DNA of 33,644 nucleotides from a virus (Duplodnaviria; Heunggongvirae; Uroviricota; Caudoviricetes): IMG/VR virus record IMGVR_UViG_2700989508_000034; one strand, 5' to 3'. Shown piece by piece: positions 1 to 8,173 of this stretch (position 1 is its first letter; each line of letters starts with the position of its first letter). The notes under the pieces were generated by a model. It saw only the letters and a program-made list of their open reading frames with translations, ran no database searches and was not told where the DNA came from. The position numbers and the translations under genes were made by a program.

Positions 1-2235
1 TTACCACTGAATACCGGCACCGAGTGCGGCGGAGTATTCACCCTGGCTATTGGTACTACCTTGTAATTTGTAGACCCAACGACCATTGGCGCTCACCATC
101 GATACACCTAAAGCAACTGCCGATTCACCGTTGTAAGTACCGCCACCAATAGAAGCCATGCTGGCACCCGGTGTATAAGCCTGCGGCAGACCGGTCATTG
201 CCATTGCAGAAGCGATACCACCGCTCAACTTGCTTTCAGTTTTAGACAGTTTGTTATCCATCTCAACCATCCGCTGATCGGTGTATTGCTTCGTTTCCTG
301 CACGCTTTGCTTCAACTGCGCGTAGTTCACCGCGTCGTTGTTGTTGACGCCAGCGGAGACGTTGCTGATACGAGTCGTACTGCCGTTGCCACCACCGAGG
401 GTGATATTGCTATAGTCGATAGAACCATCAGCTTTGGTGTCGTAGCGCACGCCGCCTGCTTCAGAAGATTTCAGCTGCGACACGTTAACCGCATCGGTGG
501 CATTAACACCGGCAGCTACGTTGGTGATACGGCGTTGGTTAGTAGAAGAACCTACAGAGATTGTATTTTCTTCCTCTGCAACGGAACCGGTACCCAGTGC
601 GACGCTGTTGTCAGCGGCAGCAATGGAACCAGAACCAATAGCAACGCTATCTTTACCCTGGGCGTTGGCATCTACGCCATCGGTGTTGGTCTTGAAGTAC
701 TTGGTGCTACCGGAGGTGACAATGTCGCCAATACCGTTTTCGATATTAGTAACGCGAGTATCCAGATTAGTGACCTGATTGTTCAGGTTAGTAATGCTCT
801 GGGTATTCTGGGAAACCTGCGCATCCGTTACTTTCAACTGACCCACGTTGACCGCATCGGTATCAGCCGAACCTGCTGCGACGTTAGTGATCTGACGTTG
901 ACCATCCGCACTACCGACTGAGAATTCACCGACAGAGTTCTGCGGTGCGTCCATGTTGTAGGCGGTATAATTGGTTTGAGCGCCACGAGTGGTCGTAGAA
1001 CCATTACCTATCGCAATACTGTTGACATGAATGACTTGCGCATTGCTACCAATGGCAATGCCGTTAAGTGCATTCGCGTCCACGTAGGCACCATAACCGA
1101 TACCAATACCTTTATCGCCATTCACGATGGTTTTCGCACCCATTGCCAGCGAGTCAGTTCCCACTGCCAGTGAATCTTCTTCCGTTGAATTAGCGTGGAA
1201 GTATTTAGTCGGCGTGGTTGCGACCGCACCAATCGCATTCTGCAATTGACGAACCGTAACGGCGTCATGGGCTTCGGAACCATCGGCTACGTTGATGATT
1301 TGACGATATTTACCGTCATCACCGATAGACAATGCACCGAGCAGTTCGCCATCCGTGGTGTCGTAACCAATAACAACGCCATTTTCCGTTATGCTGGTGT
1401 CACGGGAGCCTTTGGCAATCACTCGGCTGGAAACAGAGCTGCTACCCAGGGCGATACCCGTATCAACGTCGCTGTAGCTGCCCTGACCAATAGCTACGCT
1501 GCTATCGCCTTTGGCGACAGAGTTATAACCTATAGCTGTAGCGCCAACACCCTGTGCGCTGGCGTCGTTGAACGCTAAGCCGTCGTCGTTAGTACGCACA
1601 TAGTTAATACCCGCACCGTTTTCTTGGATATAGGTTGCGTCGGTGTTACCAGCGAGCTGATTGATAATTTGGGTGTTCTGCTCAATCATCATATTCGTCG
1701 CATTCAACTGAGAACCGTTCACTGCATCGGTACTGTCCTCACTAATACTGCCATTAGCGACATTAGTGATGATGCTGGCTTTACCGTCATGGCTGGCATT
1801 GTAGGCTCCAGCACCGCCATTGGCAGTCTCATCCCACAGCAAGGCGTTATCATCAAGCGCATCCAGGGCGTCACCGACGTTGTTGTACTCGGCGTTCGCA
1901 ATGGTGTAAGTCGGTGCGGTGATGGTGCCGTCAGCGTTGACTTCTGCGTCACCACCCAGCGCATCAGCGATGTACTTATTGGTGGTATAGAGTTGTGAGC
2001 CGTTAATCGCGTCGCTGCTGGCAGCAGAGATTGCACCGTTAGCGACGTTAGTGATTACACTGGCAGTTTTATCTTTTCCGTGAGCGGCGCTAAATGCACC
2101 ATTTTCACCGGCGTCCGCATCCCAGAGCAGAGCGTCGTCAAGAGTGGTATCGATAGCATTCAGGGCATCACCGACATTATCGTAATCAGCATTAGCAATG
2201 TATAGCGCGGCGATTTTTTTGATACCGATTTGCAT
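1..2235 (-). pseudogene. Trimeric autotransporter adhesin, C-terminal 744 aa with YadA-type membrane anchor; N-terminus and signal peptide missing, probably cut by prophage insertion
   Basis: ORF ends ...[35 protein letters not shown] (YadA-like anchor) with stop at 1-3; repeated stalk motifs ([19 protein letters not shown]). First ATG at 2235 is followed by [19 protein letters not shown], not a signal peptide; the in-frame upstream stop lies inside phage-end sequence. Confidence 0.6.
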
Positions 2236-2241
2236 TTCATT

Positions 2242-2300
2242 TGATACCGCTGAAAAACGCCGATACGCAACTTATTTGATACTAAATCGGCGCTTTTCTT
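2242..2300 (-). mobile_element. Putative prophage right end (attR-type terminus ending ...TCA on the minus strand)
   Basis: Minus strand reads ...GCGTATCGGCGTTTTTCAGCGGTATCA then host AATGAAATGCAA; the GAAAAACGC element and terminal 5'-TG/CA-3' resemble the Mu right end as I remember it. 87 bp downstream of the mom stop. Confidence 0.45.
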
Positions 2301-2328
2301 TTGAGTTTTAGAATGAGTTTTTAAGCGC

Positions 2329-3066
2329 TCATTCACTCTCTTTCAAACCAGTTTTAACTGTTTGTGGTTTTGGGTAAGGCTGGACTTTGAATAGCTTTGT
2401 GTTGAGGCGTTTTCTGGCCCTCTTGTTCAGAAACCGGATGTAACGAAACTGTCGGAACTTATGCACACTGGCTCTGTCGATATTAGCCCTCAGATGTTCA
2501 CCTCGTTGTCCGCCTCGTTTAATGGCACTCCTGCAAATCTCGTGATACCACTCGCCATCAAGTTCATAGAATGTTGATTCATGGCTGCCTACATAATCAA
2601 AATTGCTTGCCTGATACACGACACCAAGACAGCCACAACGCTCATCTGCAAACGACTGAACCCACTGTACCTGCGGATAAAGCTGCCTGATTAGCTTGAG
2701 CGCGTAACTGATTGCCCTTGATTCGGAGTTTCTCGGCATACAGTCATGCATCCATAGCCGGTTAAGCTCCATATATTCTCGGTTCTGCGTACCCGTTACG
2801 ACGCGTGCACCACTGTTTGGGTTAAGGGCGTAACCCCATTGCATTACGCCAACAAGTTCCCGTTCTGAAAATATACCCAGATGAAGGTAGGAATTATTTA
2901 CGAAACGGTGGCTGTAATGTTTATTGACGATAACCAGTCTGGCCAGCCAGCAACTTATTGTCTCAACCCGCAACTCACGGGAGCCATAACCAACGATATT
3001 GTCGTTATAGCGAATAAGTTCAGGCGTGCTGATGATACGGGATGTGACTTGCTTTCTGTTCCCCAC
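2329..3066 (-). CDS. mom: DNA modification protein Mom-like (adenine modification); start codon uncertain (ORF-track start is GTG)
   Basis: 245-aa ORF immediately downstream of and overlapping a Com-like zinc-finger gene, last gene before the phage right end, as in Mu. Identity is mainly positional; Mom sequence not recalled well enough to confirm. Confidence 0.65.
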   Translation of the reverse strand: MGNRKQVTSRIISTPELIRYNDNIVGYGSRELRVETISCWLARLVIVNKHYSHRFVNNSYLHLGIFSERELVGVMQWGYALNPNSGARVVTGTQNREYMELNRLWMHDCMPRNSESRAISYALKLIRQLYPQVQWVQSFADERCGCLGVVYQASNFDYVGSHESTFYELDGEWYHEICRSAIKRGGQRGEHLRANIDRASVHKFRQFRYIRFLNKRARKRLNTKLFKVQPYPKPQTVKTGLKESE

Positions 3067-3220
3067 GACAGGATTTCCTTGTGTATGTGGGGTGCTCTGT
3101 GGCGCTCGGAGATGTGATTTGATTGAGGGTTTTACAGCGCGGACATTTTACTTCCAGATAACTGAAACTGGCCCGTGCCAGTAGCTTATTGCAGTGTCGG
3201 CACCGTATGTTTCGATACAT
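3020..3220 (-). CDS. com: Com-like zinc-finger translational activator of mom
   Basis: [30 protein letters not shown]... matches the Mu Com pattern (IRCKNCNKLL...IRCPRCK). ATG at 3220 with AGGAGG about 10 nt upstream; 3' end overlaps the mom start. Confidence 0.75.
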   Translation of the reverse strand: MYRNIRCRHCNKLLARASFSYLEVKCPRCKTLNQITSPSATEHPTYTRKSCRGEQKASHIPYHQHA

Positions 3221-3259
3221 GGCCGCATAACCTCCTGCTTTGTTGTTGATGCCTTTCTC

Positions 3260-3410
3260 ATGCAATCGATCGACAAAAACGATCGATTCGATTTGTTTAA
3301 TTGATACAACAAATAGATTTAAAAGTCATCAACAATGATTCAGGGCGGTGATTATTTACTTAAAGAAACGAAGAGTTAGGTGGTGAAAACGATCATAAAA
3401 TGATCATTTT
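3260..3410 (-). promoter_or_regulatory. com-mom upstream regulatory region with clustered palindromic GATC (Dam) sites
   Basis: TCGATCGA-caaaaa-CGATCGAT at ~3266-3287 and the perfect palindrome GATCATaaaATGATC at ~3391-3405; four GATC within 140 bp directly upstream of com. Confidence 0.5.
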
Positions 3411-3626
3411 ATTGACTTTTTATACAGTGAAGGTAGGATCGCGCGTATATGTAGTATGTTTCAAATCAACAGGATACTACATAAAAGGGAAACCCAGCAT
3501 AGCTGGAACTATGCTGGGTCAATCTGTAAAAACTTGCATCAATGCTTTACTTCGAGCTCGTGGCGTATCCTATGATATTCCCCGGTCTCCTGTAAAGCAG
3601 AGATGCATAAAAAGGAGATCTTTATC

Positions 3627-3797
3627 ATGGATAAAGAGCCTGTTTGCCCTGCCTGTAAGACTCCCTTACAGCTCATCTATCGCCGTTCTCGATCTCAAAA
3701 TGGCAAGACATACAAACCAAAAAATGCTTCCTGTTTCAGGATGCTGATATGTCCGGCCTGTTCTCCCCGGAGGGAAAATACACAAAACGTGCATTAA
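3627..3797 (+). CDS. Hypothetical small zinc-ribbon protein (CPxC ... CPxC), 56 aa
   Basis: ATG at 3627 preceded by AAGGAGA with ~9 nt spacing; MDKEPVCPACKTPL...CFRMLICPACSPRR; opposite strand to the rest of the prophage. Confidence 0.45.
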   Translation: MDKEPVCPACKTPLQLIYRRSRSQNGKTYKPKNASCFRMLICPACSPRRENTQNVH

Positions 3798-3806
3798 CAA
3801 ATTCAC

Positions 3807-3826
3807 CCGGCAGGGAAACCTGCCGG
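3807..3826. terminator. Hairpin CCGGCAGG-GAAA-CCTGCCGG between convergent genes; possible bidirectional terminator
   Basis: Perfect 8-bp stem with GAAA loop, 10 nt after the stop of 3627..3797 (+) and 10 nt after the stop of 3836..4081 (-); flanks only moderately T-rich. Confidence 0.4.
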
Positions 3827-3835
3827 TCGGTATTG

Positions 3836-4081
3836 TTACATCATAGTACCGTCAGTTCCGGGTTGAACCGGCTCTGGTTGCTCTACGGGTTGAGGCTCAT
3901 TTTCCGTGCTGTTTTCAGCCGGAGAACGACCAACCATTCGGGCCAGCACTTCATCAACATATGCGTCGATTTGTGCCTCAAAATCCTTGCGAACCTGCGC
4001 CTTCAGCACGCGGTTCACTTCTTCAGAATAAAGTGCCTGTTTGACAAGCTCTTCAGTAACCGTGCCTTTAATCTCTGGCAT
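3836..4081 (-). CDS. Hypothetical protein, 81 aa, acidic Pro/Glu-rich C-terminus
   Basis: ATG at 4081 with strong RBS (AAGGAGA, ~8 nt spacing); follows the esterase gene on the same strand. Confidence 0.5.
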   Translation of the reverse strand: MPEIKGTVTEELVKQALYSEEVNRVLKAQVRKDFEAQIDAYVDEVLARMVGRSPAENSTENEPQPVEQPEPVQPGTDGTMM

Positions 4082-4116
4082 GAATATTCTCCTTTCCTTT
4101 TCTGGTTCACAAAAAA

Positions 4117-4296
4117 TTAAATCTGACCGGAGTCTTTCGGCTGCGGCATTACAGCACCGCTTTTTATCTTTTCCTCGGCAGCTGCATCAATTTTATTTCG
4201 AAAATAATTGCGAATAATTTTATAACCACCGCTGACAAGCAACAGACAACAAACCACCGTGCAGAAATACAGCAGGCAGACGTTTATATATGTCAT
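4117..4296 (-). CDS. Hypothetical small membrane protein, 59 aa (below the ORF-track size cutoff)
   Basis: Hand translation MTYINVCLLYFCTVVCCLLLVSGGYKIIRNYFRNKIDAAAEEKIKSGAVMPQPKDSGQI; hydrophobic N-terminal segment; GAGTGAGG RBS-like sequence upstream. Confidence 0.3.
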   Translation of the reverse strand: MTYINVCLLYFCTVVCCLLLVSGGYKIIRNYFRNKIDAAAEEKIKSGAVMPQPKDSGQI

Positions 4297-4353
4297 ATAA
4301 GCCTCACTCTTATTAACTGATGTTACAGCCGGATAAATTCCCGGCCGTCACGA

Positions 4354-6411
4354 TTATGCCGCAGGGGTATTAACCTCAAGGACAACGCTCTCAAAAGACA
4401 CGCCATAAGTTGCCCCTTTGGTGACATCTGTCAGTGTCAGCGTATCTTTGGCAGGGGAAAGTGCATCTTTCACCATCTGGAATGCCTGGCCCGGAGTGCC
4501 ATCCAGCACAGGCGTTACCTGGGCACTTCCCGCCGTAAACTTCAGGACAAGTGTATGCCACTGGTTATTGTAGGCTCCAAATGATCCCAGTTTCGTATTC
4601 CCCCCTGTTTTATGGTGCATCAGATTTAACTGGCCGCCTGTTGTCTGGAGATAATACGCCATCAGGAACGGTGTGCCTGTACCACTCATGGTTACACCTT
4701 CCGGGACCGTATCGGTGTGGAGGTAAATACCCAGAGCAAACTGGCCTTCTTTTACTTCACCTGACAGACGGAATTTACAGGTCAACTGACCACCATGCTT
4801 CAGAAGTTCACCGGCTGCATCAGTTCCATGGGTAAGCGTCCAGGTTTTTCCGCTTTGTTTGGATACGGTCAACGCTTTACCTTCGTCCGTCAGCTGGATT
4901 GTACCATCTGTAATTTTCCAGCCCTGAGCCGGGGCTTCTCCTGCTGATGCTTTAAGTGAAAGCAGCGTACGGAGTGACGGGGATGTCGGATGGGGGGACT
5001 CACTGCCTCCTGGCTGACTACCTGTCGGCGCTTCCGGTTTCCCACCCGGCGCGGGCTGAGGCAGGGCTTCACCATCAGGGGCCACACCGGCAATAAATGC
5101 AGAGGTCAGACCTGCATATTTAAGAATTGCTGATGCAAAACGATCTGAGACCAGAAAACGGCGCGCCCAGGAGCTAAAATGGGTTGCCCTGGATGCTGTT
5201 GTCCAGTTGCCATCTCCCCGTGATTCCGCACCATAATACCCGGCAGAAGCGATATCCGGGTCGTGCTCCGGCAGGTTGGTCGCGGTTTTATTACCGAACT
5301 CATCGTGCATCAGTGGAACAAAGTGAATGTTCTCGGAAGCCCGGTTTTTATATCCGCTATAAATGGTTTCATATGCCGCCGGGTTCTTCTCTTTCCAGTC
5401 ATAGGTTGTGTCACCACATAACCACGGCACACTGTCTGATGAACCACCAATACACTGACCGGAGAAAGCACCAAGATCCGCACGGAATTTTTTCACCATC
5501 GCAGTAAACTGGGCACCATGCTGGGCCGGGGTCGCTTTAAGGTCTCCTTCCCCCTGAATCCATACGACAGATAACAGCACATTCTTTGGATTCGCCTCAA
5601 GTGCCGCTTTAGTTCGACTGACAAGATCCTGATACAGTGGGGTATCCACTCCCCAGCGTAGTGACGCCTCGGCTGCACCACTTGCCGGATCGAATGAGCC
5701 AACTGCGCCGGTTGTAAAAGCAGAGCCGCCACGGGCACAGGGAACCAGTAAAATCCCGGCATCAGCAGGAATCACCGGTAATACTTTTTTCGCAATATGA
5801 AGTCCCTGCCCCACACAACCATACTGCCCTTTTTTCAGGTCTGCTTTTGGATGGTTCAGCAGACTCATATTCTGAACATCATGAAGGCAGTGATCTGCTG
5901 GAATGATTTCATTGTATTTGCAGGGAATACCTCCGGGGGTTTGTGTATTCCTGCGTGCCAGCTGCATAATACGTGGATCAGGACGATCATAAGAATCCGG
6001 AAGGGGCAACCCTTCACCATAAGATGAAGCATTGGACTGGCCGGCTATAACAATCACGTAATACCAGGAAGGGGAGCTGGAAGCAGTTTCATTTCCTGCC
6101 GGACGGGTATGTGTTTCTGCATTATCCCAGTCTGACGGTTCAGTAGTACCGGCAACATCAGCACTTAACGGAATGACAGCACCAATACCCGCTCCGGTAA
6201 TTTCCACGTTCGGATCACCGGATACTGGCCTTACCCACAGGCAATCCTGTGTATTAAAACTGATGAGACAGTCAGCAAATGTCATTCCTCCTTTCGTTTC
6301 AGCAGGAGGAAAGGGAGCCTCAAGAAATGCCGCTGTACCACCGGAAACTTTAACGGTAAAGTTTCCGGGCATTGATGATAGTTGAACCCATTTGGACGTC
6401 ATAATATTCAT
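4354..6411 (-). CDS. SGNH/SASA-family carbohydrate esterase, sialate O-acetylesterase-like (NanS-p-like), with C-terminal lectin-like domain; prophage cargo
   Basis: 685 aa; YVIVIAGQSNASSYGEG carries the GQSN motif of sialate O-acetylesterase-type hydrolases; Gly/Thr-rich beta-like C-terminal region; ATG 6411 with AGGAACAGG upstream. Confidence 0.55.
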   Translation of the reverse strand: MNIMTSKWVQLSSMPGNFTVKVSGGTAAFLEAPFPPAETKGGMTFADCLISFNTQDCLWVRPVSGDPNVEITGAGIGAVIPLSADVAGTTEPSDWDNAETHTRPAGNETASSSPSWYYVIVIAGQSNASSYGEGLPLPDSYDRPDPRIMQLARRNTQTPGGIPCKYNEIIPADHCLHDVQNMSLLNHPKADLKKGQYGCVGQGLHIAKKVLPVIPADAGILLVPCARGGSAFTTGAVGSFDPASGAAEASLRWGVDTPLYQDLVSRTKAALEANPKNVLLSVVWIQGEGDLKATPAQHGAQFTAMVKKFRADLGAFSGQCIGGSSDSVPWLCGDTTYDWKEKNPAAYETIYSGYKNRASENIHFVPLMHDEFGNKTATNLPEHDPDIASAGYYGAESRGDGNWTTASRATHFSSWARRFLVSDRFASAILKYAGLTSAFIAGVAPDGEALPQPAPGGKPEAPTGSQPGGSESPHPTSPSLRTLLSLKASAGEAPAQGWKITDGTIQLTDEGKALTVSKQSGKTWTLTHGTDAAGELLKHGGQLTCKFRLSGEVKEGQFALGIYLHTDTVPEGVTMSGTGTPFLMAYYLQTTGGQLNLMHHKTGGNTKLGSFGAYNNQWHTLVLKFTAGSAQVTPVLDGTPGQAFQMVKDALSPAKDTLTLTDVTKGATYGVSFESVVLEVNTPAA

Positions 6412-6501
6412 CCTGTTCCTGAATAAACAGAATTATCATATCCACAGACCGATAAACGCCATTTTGCGTTAATTCAGTAAAGGCCCAACAAAGGGAGCGT
6501 C

Positions 6502-7062
6502 TTATTTTTCCGAAACGCTCGCAGGATAATAACGATAAAGGGTTGAAAGGCCGATATCAAAAATAAGTGCCACCTGTCTTCGACTGACACCCCCGGCCAG
6601 TAAACGCCCGACCTGCTCGTATTGTTCCTGCGTGAGACGACGGGGTCTGCCGCCGGTTCGTCCCCTTTCACGGGCAGCTGCAAGACCAGCCCGTGTCCGT
6701 TCGACAATTAATTCACGCTCCATTTCTGCCAGCGCACCCATTATGTGAAAAAAGAAGCGCCCCATGGGGGTTGACGTATCAATGTTGTCAGTAAGACTAC
6801 GAAAATTTATCCCCTGTTGCTGTAATTCATCTGTCAGCGCAACAAGGTGGCGCATACTGCGCCCCAGCCTGTCCAGTTTCCAGACCATCAGCGTGTCACC
6901 GGGTTTTAGTTTCTTCAGTGCCCGCTTCAGTCCCGGCCGCTGCGTTGTTTTTCCGCTCATTTTATCTTCAAAAATCTGCTCACATCCTGCACATTCCAGC
7001 GCATTTCTTTGTAAACCTGTGTTCTGGTCATTTGTTGATACGCGTATATAGCCAATCAGCAT
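6502..7062 (-). CDS. gin: Serine recombinase, DNA invertase of the Gin/Hin/Pin/Cin family
   Basis: MLIGYIRVSTNDQNTGLQRNALECAGCEQIFEDK...LDRLGRSM...SLTDNIDTSTPMGRFFFHIMGALAEMERELIVERT is near-identical in pattern to Mu Gin; catalytic Ser in the YIRVST motif. Confidence 0.92.
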   Translation of the reverse strand: MLIGYIRVSTNDQNTGLQRNALECAGCEQIFEDKMSGKTTQRPGLKRALKKLKPGDTLMVWKLDRLGRSMRHLVALTDELQQQGINFRSLTDNIDTSTPMGRFFFHIMGALAEMERELIVERTRAGLAAARERGRTGGRPRRLTQEQYEQVGRLLAGGVSRRQVALIFDIGLSTLYRYYPASVSEK

Positions 7063-7116
7063 GTATTTACCTTCCTTAAAAAGAGATGGAAAGGCCTTTT
7101 AAAGCAGATATACGGC

Positions 7117-7142
7117 ATCCCTGAAACCTCGGTTTACGGGAT
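7117..7142. other. gix-like inversion crossover site (12-2-12), gin-proximal
   Basis: ATCCCTGAAACC-TC-GGTTTACGGGAT; half-sites are inverted repeats with 2 mismatches; resembles gix/hix consensus (AAACC-NN-GGTTT core). Confidence 0.7.
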
Positions 7143-7496
7143 ACTGTAAACAGGGCCGCGAATGCCCTGCCATCAAACGGTACGGCTGTTGCAGCAAGCA
7201 GGCTGGCAAATGCCCGCAGAATCAATGGTGTCGCCTTTGACGGCACGCAGGATATAAACATTACGTCAGGAATGCCGGAATCAACGGCCAATCAGCGTTA
7301 TGTTACAGGGGTAAGACTGGGAGCGCAGGCATTAAGCGGCGGACTGGAATATAATTACTCCCTGTCATCAGGAAATGTGATTACCGGTTTTAAGACTAAC
7401 GGAGACTGGGAAATGCGTGGTGGTGATGACCGTGTTTATTACAGACAGATACAATATTGTATTAATGGGCATTGGGTATCCGCTGCAAGTATTTAA
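7125..7496 (+). CDS. Alternative tail-fibre C-terminal segment (S'v-like), promoterless and without start; would be fused to the fibre N-terminus after inversion
   Basis: Open frame starts right after a stop at 7122-7124 inside the gix site; encodes ...TVNRAANALPSNGTAVAASRLANARRINGVAFDGTQDINITSGMPESTANQRYVTGVRLGAQ..., paralogous to residues ~182-303 of the fibre at 8174..9085. Confidence 0.7.
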   Translation, partial: NLGLRDTVNRAANALPSNGTAVAASRLANARRINGVAFDGTQDINITSGMPESTANQRYVTGVRLGAQALSGGLEYNYSLSSGNVITGFKTNGDWEMRGGDDRVYYRQIQYCINGHWVSAASI

Positions 7497-7617
7497 TTAA
7501 CGGGGGCATAGCACACAGCAGCCAGCATCTGAAATATGCGTTATTTCAGACAAGCATTGCCTGTATATGGCGATAGTATTATTCCTGTTTTTATCATTGA
7601 TTTACATGGTGATGTTT

Positions 7618-8139
7618 ATGCAACTGATTAATGTCAAACGATATTACCCGAAACACAAACCCTATGGTGAGGATGTTCAGTATTTCCAGAGTGAGGACGG
7701 AAGGGATTTTTATGAATCTATCCCGCTTTTCACAAAGAAATACAAACTCTGTATTTCGCCTGTAACGGGTATTATCTGCTCTGTTGCTGAAGATGTCTCT
7801 GCTTTATATCCGGCAGGTTTTACTGTTGTTGAAGTGGACGAACTGCCGGAAGGTGTGAATATTGACGGTAACTGGCAGTTTTCTGATGGCCTGATATCAA
7901 AGGTGCCGGTAAACTGGAAGACGGTTGCTGAAAAGCGTCGCTCATCGCTGCTCCAGGAAGCCAACGAAACCGTGGATGACTGGAAAACAGAATTAAAACT
8001 GGACATGATTAGCGATGAAAATAAATTACAGCTGACGCGCTGGATGGCGTATATCCGACAGCTTAAAGAAATGCACTTTAATGATATTGCCAGTGAGGGG
8101 CATTACCAGGCGATTCCCTGGCCGGAAAAACCGGAATAA
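7618..8139 (+). CDS. Tail fibre assembly protein (Tfa; Mu U / P2 G family); alternative upstream starts at 7567/7606/7612
   Basis: MQLINVKRYYPKHKPYGEDVQYFQSEDG...GFTVVEVDELPEG...QLTRWMAYIRQLKEM..WPEKPE resembles P2 G/Tfa proteins; lies immediately after the S'v segment on the same strand. Confidence 0.8.
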   Translation: MQLINVKRYYPKHKPYGEDVQYFQSEDGRDFYESIPLFTKKYKLCISPVTGIICSVAEDVSALYPAGFTVVEVDELPEGVNIDGNWQFSDGLISKVPVNWKTVAEKRRSSLLQEANETVDDWKTELKLDMISDENKLQLTRWMAYIRQLKEMHFNDIASEGHYQAIPWPEKPE

Positions 8140-8173
8140 TTCAGAGGGTGCATTCAGCACCCTTTTCTGTGGT

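Noticed and set aside
3339-3352. Shared motif TTCAGGGCGG upstream of com and upstream of gene I (22497-22506) as a late-promoter activator site
   Set aside because: A near-identical 12-mer also occurs inside coding sequence (21311-21322) and elsewhere, and I cannot recall the true C-box consensus; not convincing without alignment.
3400-3747. 115-aa plus-strand ORF overlapping the zinc-ribbon gene
   Set aside because: No RBS, implausible composition; the shorter 3627..3797 frame with a strong RBS is preferred.
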